Below, piece by piece: positions 26,379-36,300 of a stretch of DNA of 64,000 nt. The notes under the pieces were generated by a model, which searched no databases, was not told the DNA's origin, and saw only the letters and a list, made by a program, of their open reading frames with translations. This DNA is from a virus, in IMG/VR virus record IMGVR_UViG_3300037424_000479, one strand, 5' to 3'. A program made the translations under genes and the position numbers. Each line of letters begins with the position of its first letter. Position 1 is the stretch's first letter.

Positions 26379-27692
26379 ATGCGTTATTCTTGGGATATGA
26401 TAAAGAAAATTAGACAGTGGCCACATCTTCTTGGCAAGTTGGCGGGTAAAGATTTACTTACCCCACTGCATAGTGAATGGATTAAATATGTATGGGGACC
26501 AGAAGGTGCAGAAATTCCCCGTACCCTTATGGGACATCGTGGTAGCTATAAGACTACGGCTATTACCGAGATAGGTCCTATCTGGTATCTTGCTTTTAAC
26601 CCCGAGAGGCGTATAGCTGTAATCCGCAAAACCTTTACCGAGTCGGCTGAGGTGCTTCGTAACATATCAAACATCTGTATGCTGGAAGAGGTGCATGACT
26701 TCCTAGGGTTTGTATGGGGTGATCCTAACTGGACGTTCACTACTCGTAAAGCGGGTAAGATTGAATTCTCGGTGAAGCACAGTAAAACGAAAGAGGGAAA
26801 CCTCACCGCCTATGGACTCGACTCTAGTATGACGGGAAGTCACTTTACAGATGTATTAGGAGACGACTGCGAAACCATCATAGATCGTATATCTTCCGCA
26901 GAACGTGAAAAAACTAAGATGATTATGACGGAAGTGCGTACAAACATCCTTGATCCGGGTGGACGCTTCCGTGTAATAGGTACCCCCTGGGCTAAAGATG
27001 GTTTATTCTCTATTCTTCCCCCCGCTCGTAAATATCCTGTTGGTGTTACAGGACTTCTTACCGATGAACAGATAAAGATAAAGCGTGATTCTCAGCCCGC
27101 TCTTCTTTATGCGGTAAACTATGAGTTGGAATTCCAGAACGACGAAGATAACCTCTTCAATGATCCTCACATGGGTATATGGGATTTTACTGCGCGTACA
27201 GATGCTGTAGCTCATCTCGATGCCGCTTATGGAGGTAAAGATACTAATGCTCTTACTATTATGAAGCCCCTCCCTGATAATCGTATAAATGCTGTGGGCT
27301 TCCTGTACCAAGGACACGTAAAAGATTTCATCCCACAAATAGTAGACAAGATGAAATATTATAGAGCCTCTAAATTGTTTATGGAAAATAACTCGGATCG
27401 TGGATTCTCCCTGGAAGCTATTACATCTAATCCTGTTGCTGTAGAGGCTGGTATATGGCCTAAGTCCTATGCCGAATCTATGCAGAAGGAAATGAAGATA
27501 TCTAAATATTTATACGAGGGATGGAAAAGAATACAGTGGGCGAATGAAACAGATATGAATTATCTTGAACAAATTATAGATTGGACAGTTGAAGCAGATG
27601 TTCTCGACGATTCTGCAGATTCTGCGTCTTCCCTTCTTAGAGAGGCGGGTTTCGTAAAGACCCGAAACGTTCGAGACCTCTATCGTTGGTAA
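26379..27692 (+). CDS. terL: Terminase large subunit
   Basis: MGHRGSYKTT Walker A-like; VLGDD Walker B; IGTPW motif III; HLDAAYGG and DDSADS nuclease acidic residues. Confidence 0.93.
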   Translation: MRYSWDMIKKIRQWPHLLGKLAGKDLLTPLHSEWIKYVWGPEGAEIPRTLMGHRGSYKTTAITEIGPIWYLAFNPERRIAVIRKTFTESAEVLRNISNICMLEEVHDFLGFVWGDPNWTFTTRKAGKIEFSVKHSKTKEGNLTAYGLDSSMTGSHFTDVLGDDCETIIDRISSAEREKTKMIMTEVRTNILDPGGRFRVIGTPWAKDGLFSILPPARKYPVGVTGLLTDEQIKIKRDSQPALLYAVNYELEFQNDEDNLFNDPHMGIWDFTARTDAVAHLDAAYGGKDTNALTIMKPLPDNRINAVGFLYQGHVKDFIPQIVDKMKYYRASKLFMENNSDRGFSLEAITSNPVAVEAGIWPKSYAESMQKEMKISKYLYEGWKRIQWANETDMNYLEQIIDWTVEADVLDDSADSASSLLREAGFVKTRNVRDLYRW

Positions 27693-27785
27693 TCAATTTA
27701 TGTTAATGTAACATATCCCCCTTGACGAATACTCTTATATCGTGTATGAGTATAGGATAATTCGTATATAGGGGGATAAATATAT

Positions 27786-29207
27786 ATGGGACAACTAGGC
27801 CGACCCAGGAAAGATGCTGTCAAAGCTGTAATCGCTACACCTACTCCTCTTCCTAACTATAGTCATTTTAAGTCCGATAGTTGGAGCAACGCTCTTACAG
27901 GACTTAATCTAAAACAGGATAAGTCTCAATATACCAAGTACGGTTCCGCTTATATCCTTGACGACGGCACCCTTGCAGAGATGTACGTAGGAGATGGGTT
28001 AGCTTCTCGTATAGTGGATATTATAGCTGATGATATGACCCGTGAGTGGGTATCCCTTGAAGGCCCCCATGCAGACAAGATACTCAAGGATATGGCCGCG
28101 CTGGATGCCGAAGAAAAATTCAATACTGCTATACGCTGGCAGAGGCTTTTCGGTGGAGCTATAATGATTATAGGTGCCATGGATAGTAGAACCCCTGATC
28201 AGCCTCTTGATGAAAAGAATATAAAGGGTATTGAGTACCTCCGCGTGCTTGACCGTACCGCAGTAGAAATCGTAAGTAGTGAATTTGACATGAATCCCAT
28301 GCACTCTACTTTCGGGCAGATAATTCGCTATCATCTTCGCTTTAAGGTTAACACTGAGATTGTGGAAATGAAAATTCACCATACCAGAGTAATCCCCTTT
28401 ATGAACGATCCTATACCTAATAAGCTTTCTGACTATTTTACTCAGGATACTCGCTATTGGGGTATGTCATCTATACAACGTATATATGAAGGTGTGCGCG
28501 ATCTAGGTGGTGTAAGCCAGTCCATAGTGAATATCCTCTATGAGTTCATGCTTGGAACGTATAAATTTGAAGGGCTTGCTGAACTGCTTGCCTCTACCCC
28601 CGATAAAGACGGCAAGAGCGGTGCCTCCCTTTTAGCTGAGCGCCTTAATGCTATCAATACTTCAAAGTCTGTATTGAATGGCATCGTCCTTGATAAAGAA
28701 GAAGATTATTCTCGTCAGTTCGCTACCCTGGCAGGCCTTCCTGAAATTATGGACAGGTTCATGCTCAATCTTTCAGGTTCTACCTCTATTCCCGTTACTC
28801 GCCTATTCGGTCGTTCTCCTGCCGGTCTTAATGCTACTGGCGAGAATGACCTCCGCAACTACTATGACCTTATCGAAGCCAACCAGCGCAACAGGCTCCT
28901 CCCTGCCATACAGCGGATTGTCTCTTTCATACAGTTATGGCGTAAATACAAAGGTGAAGTTGAAGTAACTTTCAATTCTTTATACCAGATGACGGAAAAA
29001 GAGATTGTAGAAGTAACTAAGATCGAGACCGAGACTGAACAGATAAAGGCTAATATGGCGATTAACTTCTGTAAGAATGGTATACGTGATCCTGCTGAAG
29101 TATCGAGGGAATATGGATATGAGCCTCCTGAAGATGTCATCCCTCCCGATGCGGAACCTTTACCTGAAGAGGAAGAGGTAGGAGAGGAAGAGGCTGAGGA
29201 GAAATAA
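27786..29207 (+). CDS. Portal protein (DUF1073/HI1409-like)
   Basis: RIVDIIADDMTREW; WQRLFGGA; IPVTRLFGRSPAGLNATGENDLRNYYD. Confidence 0.93.
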   Translation: MGQLGRPRKDAVKAVIATPTPLPNYSHFKSDSWSNALTGLNLKQDKSQYTKYGSAYILDDGTLAEMYVGDGLASRIVDIIADDMTREWVSLEGPHADKILKDMAALDAEEKFNTAIRWQRLFGGAIMIIGAMDSRTPDQPLDEKNIKGIEYLRVLDRTAVEIVSSEFDMNPMHSTFGQIIRYHLRFKVNTEIVEMKIHHTRVIPFMNDPIPNKLSDYFTQDTRYWGMSSIQRIYEGVRDLGGVSQSIVNILYEFMLGTYKFEGLAELLASTPDKDGKSGASLLAERLNAINTSKSVLNGIVLDKEEDYSRQFATLAGLPEIMDRFMLNLSGSTSIPVTRLFGRSPAGLNATGENDLRNYYDLIEANQRNRLLPAIQRIVSFIQLWRKYKGEVEVTFNSLYQMTEKEIVEVTKIETETEQIKANMAINFCKNGIRDPAEVSREYGYEPPEDVIPPDAEPLPEEEEVGEEEAEEK

Positions 29208-30175
29208 TGACGGAAGTTGAATTCAAATCATGGTTAAAATTATATCGCAAATATATGACCCCTGCCCAGCGGCGTAGGGGTTATCGTCTTGTAAGCAAAG
29301 CGTTCACCTATCCAATAGGAACCGAGCGTGAGTATGCACGTATAATTAGGAAGTATCAAACAGCTCTTGTTCAGTTCGTACAGTCTAGGCTCCCATCTTA
29401 TTTACCTAAGATGATTTCTCAGGCTAAGGGGGATATTCGTTTAGATGGATTAAGCGAAGAATTAGAAGCGTTTATGTCAGAATTAGACATGGAAGTGACT
29501 AAGCTTTATGGGGGGGTTATACTTCGTTCATCTCCCCTTTTTCCTGAATTGGTTGCGATAGCTCATAAGTTGTTTGAAAAATATAAGGTGAAATTCGAGA
29601 AGGAGATAGCTGTCGTTGCCGGGGTTCCGCTGAAGGTTCCTTATCTCTGGTGGGAAAGTACCCGTGATGTATGGTTGAATGAGAATTATCGCATTATAAA
29701 AAGTTTATCTTCTGAATATGTAACGAAGTTGAATACTATCCTCGTTAATGGTTTACAAGCTGGATGGTCTGTGGATGAATTCCAGAGTGCTATACAGCTC
29801 CTTTCTGATAAGATAACGGGATATCGTGCAAGGCTTATAGCCAGAGATCAAATAGGGAAGTTAAACAGTTATATCAATGAAAGGCAGTCCCGTGGTATCG
29901 GAATGGAATTCTATATATGGCGTACGTCACAGGATGAGCGTGTTCGGGGTAATCCTACAGGAAAATACCCCCGTGCTATTCCCGATCATTTTATAATGGA
30001 TGATAAATTTTGTACATGGAATGATTCTACTATTTATTCACCTGATGTAGGAAAGACATGGGTGCCTAGGACAGCACGTATGGAGTTTCTACATCCTGGG
30101 CGTGCTATCTCTTGTCGTTGTTTAGCACTGCCCGCTTGGAATATCTATCTTGAAGATATAGATTCTACCATATAG
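29207..30175 (+). CDS. Head morphogenesis / minor capsid protein (Phage_Mu_F, SPP1 gp7-like)
   Basis: RARLIARDQIGKLN; YIWRTSQDERVR; HPGRAISCRC. Confidence 0.92.
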   Translation: MTEVEFKSWLKLYRKYMTPAQRRRGYRLVSKAFTYPIGTEREYARIIRKYQTALVQFVQSRLPSYLPKMISQAKGDIRLDGLSEELEAFMSELDMEVTKLYGGVILRSSPLFPELVAIAHKLFEKYKVKFEKEIAVVAGVPLKVPYLWWESTRDVWLNENYRIIKSLSSEYVTKLNTILVNGLQAGWSVDEFQSAIQLLSDKITGYRARLIARDQIGKLNSYINERQSRGIGMEFYIWRTSQDERVRGNPTGKYPRAIPDHFIMDDKFCTWNDSTIYSPDVGKTWVPRTARMEFLHPGRAISCRCLALPAWNIYLEDIDSTI

Positions 30176-30184
30176 GAGATAACT

Positions 30185-30352
30185 ATGGAATGTTCAAAAG
30201 AGCTATTACGAGAAATACAGACAGCGGTTGAAGGGGTCGAATATGGTAGTGTCGAAATCACACTAGCAGAGAAAGGCCCATTCGTTGAAATTATAGTTAA
30301 GAATAAGAAACGTATCCAAAAAGAAGAGATACAAGAATATCACAGGGGCTAG
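30185..30352 (+). CDS. DUF2292/YezD-like small protein, 55 aa
   Basis: Manual translation ...AVEGVEYGSVEITLAEKGPFVEIIVKNKKRI; SD AGGAG. Confidence 0.6.
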   Translation: MECSKELLREIQTAVEGVEYGSVEITLAEKGPFVEIIVKNKKRIQKEEIQEYHRG

Positions 30353-30367
30353 TCCCTCTTGACAAAA
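30346..30367 (+). promoter_or_regulatory. Late promoter element, copy 1 of 22-bp repeat
   Basis: GGGCTAGTCCCTCTTGACAAAA, identical at 35523. Confidence 0.75.
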
Positions 30368-30425
30368 CATGGTGTATATGTTACATAAAGTATACATATA
30401 ATTTAGCATATATAGGAGGGCTCCT

Positions 30426-31577
30426 ATGCCTGTGAATAGACTAGATCGTATAGAGGCTCCTTCTTGGATGACTGAGCCTTTTAAGACTACGGATGAAGGT
30501 TATCTAAAGGGGCGCGCCTGTATAACGAATATAGGTGTATTTCCTTATCGTATGTCTGATGGGCGTATTGAGTGGGAGCTAAGGCATCCTGAAGATGTGT
30601 TTAATCTTGAGTCGATGGATTCCTTTAAGTTGAAACCGCTTACGAATGACCATCCTCCTGTATTTGTGGATTCGACAAATATAAAAGACTATCAGGTAGG
30701 TAATCTTGGGGAGAATCCCATTAACGGAGATAATATTCATCTTACGATTGACATGATAATTCAGGACAAAACTACTATAGACGATGTTGTAAATGGAAAG
30801 CGCGAATTGTCCTGTGGCTATTCCTGCGATGTAGTAGATGAGGCTGGTGTTTGGCTCGGTGTTCAATACACTAAGCGCCAGAAGAATATACGGGGCAATC
30901 ACGTAGCCGTGGTGGACGCCGCTCGTGCAGGAGAGGCCGCTCGAATTCGGTTGGATTCTGCTGATGCAATTATGGTTTCTACCGCTGAAAATGCGGTGTT
31001 AGATAATTTAGACAAGGAGGCTACGATGCCTGAACTCAAGAAGATCGTACTTGACTCTATTGAGTATGAAGCGGAAGAGAGCGTGATTCGTGCGCTGAAG
31101 ACCGCATGTGATAGAGCCGATACTGCGGAGAAGGGTGTTGCCGATGCTGGCGTCGCTATGGAAGCGATTAAGGCTGAGCGTGACACGTATAGGGGTAAGG
31201 CCGATGCGCTAGAGCAGGAGCTTGTAGCGGTTAAGGCGAGCAAGGCCGATGAGGATGCCATCAAGGCGGGTGTTGACAAGCGTCTAAAGCTCATTGATGC
31301 CGCCATGAAAGCCGCCATAACTCTCAAGGGTGATGAGACTAACGTGGATATCCAGAAGGCTGTTATTCTATCGGCTTTCCCTGATTCTAAGCTCAATGAT
31401 GCCAGTGATGTTTATCTCGCTGGTATGTTTGATGGTGCACTGGCTTTCCTCTCGGCTAAGAATGACGCTTCTGTAAGGGTCGTCGGGCTGGCTGAGGTTC
31501 ATTCTGATAGTACTGATAAGGTTGCGACTGCTGATGCCGCCTATCGTGCTCGTCTAGCCGCTCAGGGCCGTTCGTAA
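30426..31577 (+). CDS. DUF2213 head maturation protease/scaffold
   Basis: EGYLKGRACITNIGVFPY; KPLTNDHP; ELSCGYSCD; GNHVAVVDAARAG; coiled-coil tail. Confidence 0.92.
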   Translation: MPVNRLDRIEAPSWMTEPFKTTDEGYLKGRACITNIGVFPYRMSDGRIEWELRHPEDVFNLESMDSFKLKPLTNDHPPVFVDSTNIKDYQVGNLGENPINGDNIHLTIDMIIQDKTTIDDVVNGKRELSCGYSCDVVDEAGVWLGVQYTKRQKNIRGNHVAVVDAARAGEAARIRLDSADAIMVSTAENAVLDNLDKEATMPELKKIVLDSIEYEAEESVIRALKTACDRADTAEKGVADAGVAMEAIKAERDTYRGKADALEQELVAVKASKADEDAIKAGVDKRLKLIDAAMKAAITLKGDETNVDIQKAVILSAFPDSKLNDASDVYLAGMFDGALAFLSAKNDASVRVVGLAEVHSDSTDKVATADAAYRARLAAQGRS

Positions 31578-31591
31578 ATAAGGAGGATATA

Positions 31592-32329
31592 ATGAGCGAA
31601 TATGGCACTATGGACGTGGCGTTTCCCGGTATTCTGTACGGGTACAACCACGATGTTATTTCTGGGATAGCGAAGGAAGATATTCCTTTTGGCGCTCCCG
31701 TGTTTGGTTACGAGGGTCGTGAGGATGTAGTTGCTGAGGCGCATACGGATAAGTCCGTTGCTACTCTGAGTGCTGATCTTGTCACTGCCAACGTAATTAC
31801 CTCTGTCATCAATGGTGTGACGATAACCACCACCTTTGCTACCTCTCACACGGCTTCTCTTGCCGCGCACGTTGCCGCAATCAATGCCAATGCTACCCTT
31901 CAGGCCGCTGGTGTGTTCGCCGCTGTTACCGCCGCTCGTGTATTCGCTGTCACCTCTCCTGGCGTGAATATCTCCCTGGCTACTACGATTACCCTTGGTG
32001 CTTCTCAGGCCACCGTTTCGTACGTCACTTCGATATCTGGTATATTCCTTGGTGTCGCTGTGTTTGTTCAGACTGGTGGCCGCGATTATGGTGCTGGTGA
32101 TTCTTGCTGGAAGAACAAGGATTCTGTTTCTATTCTTCGCAGTGGACACATTTGGGTCAGGGCCGAGTCTACTGCTAGGGCGAACGTTAAGGCGTATGTC
32201 GTAACTGGTGGCGTTGGTACTCTGGGGAATTTCTCGGATGTTGCGACGAGCAACTATGATATCGGCGGTTACTTTACCAGTAACGTAGTCGGTGGTCTTG
32301 CCGTGCTTGAAGTGCGCGGGATGAAGTAA
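31592..32329 (+). CDS. Capsid cement/decoration protein
   Basis: Between DUF2213 and capsid genes; IPFGAPV...VSILRSGHIWV. Confidence 0.8.
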   Translation: MSEYGTMDVAFPGILYGYNHDVISGIAKEDIPFGAPVFGYEGREDVVAEAHTDKSVATLSADLVTANVITSVINGVTITTTFATSHTASLAAHVAAINANATLQAAGVFAAVTAARVFAVTSPGVNISLATTITLGASQATVSYVTSISGIFLGVAVFVQTGGRDYGAGDSCWKNKDSVSILRSGHIWVRAESTARANVKAYVVTGGVGTLGNFSDVATSNYDIGGYFTSNVVGGLAVLEVRGMK

Positions 32330-32345
32330 GAAAGGAGGAAATCGC

Positions 32346-33272
32346 ATGCCTACCATTGAGAAGCTAGACGACGGTCAGTCGATTTTCTTTAACCGGGAAC
32401 TCGAAACCATAAGGGCTAAGACCCTTGAGACGAAGTTTGAGGAGACTAAGCTCCTGAACATTCTTCCTATTTCTATGGAGGGTAGTCCCTTCGTAGATAC
32501 CATTACCCATCGTAAGTATACCCGTGTTGGTATAGCTAAGATGGGTGGCAATATGTATGCCACCGATTTCCCGCCCGTGGATGTCTACGGTGAGGAGTTC
32601 TCTGTTAAGGTCAAGCCGGTTCATGCCAGCTATGGTTATAACAAGGACGAGATTGGTGCCGCGATGAAGGAGGGCAAGCCGCTTGAGGCCATGAGGGCTA
32701 ACGCCGCTCGTAAGGCTGTGGATTGGAAGCTGGACGAGATTGCCCGCACTGGTGAAGTGAATACGGGTCTCTATGGTCTGTTCAACTATCCTGGTGTGTC
32801 TGAGTATACGGTTCCTGCTACTGGTACTGGTTCTACGAAAACCTGGTCTACGAAGACCCCCGATCAGATTCTTACCGATCTTTTTGGGATTCAGAACTAT
32901 ATCGTCGAAGGGACGAATGGTATTGAGACCCCGAATGTCATAGCTCTTCCCCTGGATTCGTATCAGCTTATCGCTACTAAGCGGCTCGCTGACAATTCCG
33001 AGGAGACCGTTCTGTCTTACTTCATGCGCGTTTCCCCCTACGTTAAGCAGATAATCTGGATCAACCAGCTGAAGACTGCTGGCGTTGAGGGTGCTCACCG
33101 CATGATCTGTTGGCGCAACGATGCTGAGCATCTCGTGTTCGATATGCCCCTCCCGTTCACTCAGGAGGATATTGACCGTGATGGTCTCCGCTATGTCGTG
33201 CCGTGCAGGGCTAAGACTGCTGGTGTGACCGTGTTCTTCCCGAAGAGTGTTTGTTTCGCTGACGGGCTTTAA
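32346..33272 (+). CDS. Major capsid protein (DUF2184, HK97 fold)
   Basis: SYGYNKDEIGAA; ARKAVDWKLDEIA..G...GLYGLFNYP; AGVTVFFP. Confidence 0.93.
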   Translation: MPTIEKLDDGQSIFFNRELETIRAKTLETKFEETKLLNILPISMEGSPFVDTITHRKYTRVGIAKMGGNMYATDFPPVDVYGEEFSVKVKPVHASYGYNKDEIGAAMKEGKPLEAMRANAARKAVDWKLDEIARTGEVNTGLYGLFNYPGVSEYTVPATGTGSTKTWSTKTPDQILTDLFGIQNYIVEGTNGIETPNVIALPLDSYQLIATKRLADNSEETVLSYFMRVSPYVKQIIWINQLKTAGVEGAHRMICWRNDAEHLVFDMPLPFTQEDIDRDGLRYVVPCRAKTAGVTVFFPKSVCFADGL

Positions 33273-33280
33273 GTAATAAT

Positions 33281-33306
33281 ACCCTCCCTTTAACGGGGGA
33301 GGGTTT
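33281..33306 (+). terminator. Terminator after capsid gene
   Basis: ACCCTCCC...GGGAGGGT hairpin with short T run. Confidence 0.65.
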
Positions 33307-33335
33307 CCATCCTAGACTATCCAAAGGAGTTACCT

Positions 33336-33767
33336 ATGATAGTGTTTAACAGTAAAGATGGTTCTATGGGCGTTCCTCTCAAGGGTTTTGAAAGCTCTCG
33401 CTTTGTAGACCTTCCTCCGGGATATACTGAAGTAGCTGATGAGGATTGGGCTCTTGCCCGTGACTATGTTCTTGACGCGATAGCTAGTGGCGTTCTCAAG
33501 GAAGAGTGGAAGAAAGTCGATAAGATAGAAGCTACTAAGTATGCTATCTCTATTGAGTCTGAAGACGCTCGTGAGTCCGCTAAGGTGCGTGTCCCTGCCA
33601 AGTTGACTGATATAGAGAGGAAGGGTTCACGCCTTTCTGAGATAATCTCCAACACTTATAATATCCCGATTCTCAAAGCCTGGATGGATAGCGATACCCG
33701 CCAGGATATAATTGTCGAAATTCAGAAACAGCTAACCGGAATCGACAACGGTACTATAAAGGGGTAA
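33336..33767 (+). CDS. Hypothetical virion-module protein
   Basis: Position after capsid gene; SD AAGGAG. Confidence 0.7.
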   Translation: MIVFNSKDGSMGVPLKGFESSRFVDLPPGYTEVADEDWALARDYVLDAIASGVLKEEWKKVDKIEATKYAISIESEDARESAKVRVPAKLTDIERKGSRLSEIISNTYNIPILKAWMDSDTRQDIIVEIQKQLTGIDNGTIKG

Positions 33768-33771
33768 TGAT

Positions 33772-34146
33772 ATGACCGCCGAAGAAATAATCGCTATCTA
33801 TGCTCCCGAAATGTCCGCACTTCCTAACCTCTTAAATAGGATTGCGTTAGCTGAGCAACAGACTAGCCTGAGCTTCTTCGGCGGTAACTACACCCTCGCA
33901 GTTGCTTTACGCGCTATGCACCTTTGGGCTTTGAATACTGTACGTGCGGGCAGTGATGCCGGTATTGTTACCTATAAAGCGGAAGGACGCCTCATGCTCT
34001 CCTATGGCGGCACCGGTGTTATCCGCGATGAATTTGAATTAACTAATTTTGGTAGAGAGCTAAAGAAACTTATTCATACAACTGGCCTAGGTATTATGAT
34101 TACTTCCGAAGAGGACTTATATGCTTTTGTAGATGGGGCTTTCTAA
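33772..34146 (+). CDS. Head-tail adaptor (DUF4054-like)
   Basis: AVALRAMHL...LSYG...LTNFGREL. Confidence 0.8.
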   Translation: MTAEEIIAIYAPEMSALPNLLNRIALAEQQTSLSFFGGNYTLAVALRAMHLWALNTVRAGSDAGIVTYKAEGRLMLSYGGTGVIRDEFELTNFGRELKKLIHTTGLGIMITSEEDLYAFVDGAF

Positions 34147-34490
34147 TGCTTTTTCCAGAACATCAAGAAGATTATACAGGTTATCGTGTACCCTTAGCGA
34201 CGGCCGGTGGATGGAGCGATCCCGCCTGGACAGAGGTTGCTACTATTAAGGGACGTGTGGAACCTGTAGCCCCTAATTCAGAGTTACGAAATCATCAGAC
34301 TTTCTCTAACGTGAGTGAAGTCTTATTTACTGATATAGAGAATGCCCTCCTATTTCATGGGGGTGATGGTATCATAGGCGCAGATGGTATACAGAGAAAG
34401 ATAGTGGGGGAACCCGAGATATGGAAAAGCATGGTACCCTATGTTATGTATATGCTAGAGCGCTCACAATGGCTTATCGATGAAATCTAA
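34146..34490 (+). CDS. Head closure protein
   Basis: Synteny; WTEVATIKGRVEP. Confidence 0.65.
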   Translation: MLFPEHQEDYTGYRVPLATAGGWSDPAWTEVATIKGRVEPVAPNSELRNHQTFSNVSEVLFTDIENALLFHGGDGIIGADGIQRKIVGEPEIWKSMVPYVMYMLERSQWLIDEI

Positions 34491-35055
34491 ATCTACAAGT
34501 ATAAAATTGACAGGGGAGATTACACGGGGAGACTGGAATGGGATGTTTGGTAGAGCTATGCAGGGTTGTCTGAATACAACGGGAAAATTAGTTCAGGAGT
34601 ATATGCGTGAACAGACCACCCCGCATGATTCTTCTGGTCGTACTACTGATTCTATTACATGGCAGACAGCAAAGACGGGCGCGGCAGTAGGATCACACGC
34701 ACGGGATGAAGATAAAATAGACAAGCCTTCTGCCAAGAACGAAGTATGGGTAGGGTCACAAGCCTCCTCTGCTCAACCGAGAGAAGAAGGAGCAGGGCAA
34801 CACGTTAATTCAGAGGGCAGTGAAGAATTTATAAAAGAAATGAAAGCTTGGGTAAAACGGGAATTGGGTATTGATCCTGATGGTTCGCCAGAAGAGCGCT
34901 CTCACTTTTGGGCTATTATTACCAATATCCGTAATAAGGGTCTTCCTGCTGTACCCTTTGTTTCTACTTCAAAAGACTACGCTGAAAGCGTCGTGCTCTC
35001 CTCTTGGAAAACAGCTATTAGGAAAGAGTTAAAAGCTCACAGGAAGGGGAAATAA
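34480..35055 (+). CDS. Neck protein (HK97 gp10-like)
   Basis: TPHDSSGRTTDSI...EEG...GLPAVPFV. Confidence 0.65.
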   Translation: MKSKSTSIKLTGEITRGDWNGMFGRAMQGCLNTTGKLVQEYMREQTTPHDSSGRTTDSITWQTAKTGAAVGSHARDEDKIDKPSAKNEVWVGSQASSAQPREEGAGQHVNSEGSEEFIKEMKAWVKRELGIDPDGSPEERSHFWAIITNIRNKGLPAVPFVSTSKDYAESVVLSSWKTAIRKELKAHRKGK

Positions 35056-35057
35056 TT

Positions 35058-35477
35058 ATGATAGAGAAAGATTTACTTATATATCTTCAAGGGCGCACAG
35101 CATTGACTGCGGCTCTGGGAGGGGTTAATAAGATAGTAGTGGCACAGACCCCCCTATCCCCCACTATGAAATTGCCTTGGTTGGTTATCGAAGTGGCCGG
35201 TGGATCACGTAATCAAATTTCTTCCACCAAGCTTGAAGAGTTCCTTCAAGCACGTATTACTGTAGAGTGCGGTGTTAATCAGACGGTAAAGGGTAGGGAA
35301 ATTGCGGAAATGGTATTGCGTGATTTAGAACATTTCCGGGGTGATTTCGGTGATAGCCTCGATTGCTACATTTCCTGCTCTAGCATTAGAAGTTATGCAG
35401 GTGTTATTTCTGTTACTCGCTATCAATTCGATGCTAAGATTAGGCATATTGAATTGTCACAAAAACCTACCCCATAA
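35058..35477 (+). CDS. Tail terminator protein
   Basis: Synteny; LPWLVIE...RITVEC. Confidence 0.65.
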   Translation: MIEKDLLIYLQGRTALTAALGGVNKIVVAQTPLSPTMKLPWLVIEVAGGSRNQISSTKLEEFLQARITVECGVNQTVKGREIAEMVLRDLEHFRGDFGDSLDCYISCSSIRSYAGVISVTRYQFDAKIRHIELSQKPTP

Positions 35478-35522
35478 AATAAACATTATTATATAACTTT
35501 TTTCAGCATTAGAGAGGCTACA

Positions 35523-35544
35523 GGGCTAGTCCCTCTTGACAAAA
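35523..35544 (+). promoter_or_regulatory. Late promoter element, copy 2 of 22-bp repeat
   Basis: Identical to 30346-30367. Confidence 0.75.
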
Positions 35545-35614
35545 TAGGACTTATACTATATAGATATAAGTATATGTTATAAGCATATAGACAACACGAC
35601 ATAGGAGGGATATC

Positions 35615-36268
35615 ATGGCTAAATACGATAGGCTTGTGGGTTCAGATGCTTCTCTTGAGAAGGCTACTTTCGGTTCTCCCTTGGTTACTGGCACGGCCAC
35701 TGCGGGTGCGTGGTATAAGATTGCCGTCAAGGATGGAACTACCGTGTTCCCCGATGGCTATGGTGTGGGAGACCTTTGGCAGGGTGATGGCACGGCTACG
35801 TTCTCTGCTACTAACTCTGCGGCATTGGCTACGTTCGCTACCGTTATGGATGCCAGTTCGTTTGACTTCCAGTTTAGTTCCGACGAGATTGAGGTTACGG
35901 TTCTTGTTGACGGTGTTAAGAAGTATCGTAAGGGTAAGACCGATCTTAGTGGTACCGTTCGTGGCTTGAATCTTATTTCAGAGATGAAGAAGCCTGGCTC
36001 TATTCTTAATAAGTTCCTTCGTGTAGTGACGGGTGATAGCCTATCTGTGGCTGATTCCGTTCTCAATCCTGTAGACAATTCCTCGTATTATATGCGTGCT
36101 ATGTTACAGGATGATACCGCTACCTCGGGAGAGGATCATGTCTTCTTGTTCGGTGAGATAGAGCTTTTTGGGTATTCGTTGGGAGCTGACATGGGTTCTG
36201 CTCAGGAATGGGAGTCTGGTGTCCGCTTTATCGGTGCCGATCCTATAGTTTACGTTATAGCGAACTAA
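35615..36268 (+). CDS. Major tail tube protein
   Basis: SFDFQFSSDEIEVTVL...RKGKTDLSGTV; precedes chaperone and tape measure genes. Confidence 0.8.
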   Translation: MAKYDRLVGSDASLEKATFGSPLVTGTATAGAWYKIAVKDGTTVFPDGYGVGDLWQGDGTATFSATNSAALATFATVMDASSFDFQFSSDEIEVTVLVDGVKKYRKGKTDLSGTVRGLNLISEMKKPGSILNKFLRVVTGDSLSVADSVLNPVDNSSYYMRAMLQDDTATSGEDHVFLFGEIELFGYSLGADMGSAQEWESGVRFIGADPIVYVIAN

Positions 36269-36300
36269 GTAATTTTTATACATAGATAGGAGATACCACT

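Noticed and set aside
27786-29207. Anti-CBASS Acb1 label sometimes attached to DUF1073 proteins
   Set aside because: Size, motifs and position after terL identify it as the portal
31562-33131. Long antisense ORFs (264 and 255 aa) opposite cement and capsid genes
   Set aside because: Shadow ORFs from codon bias of highly expressed genes; no SD or motifs
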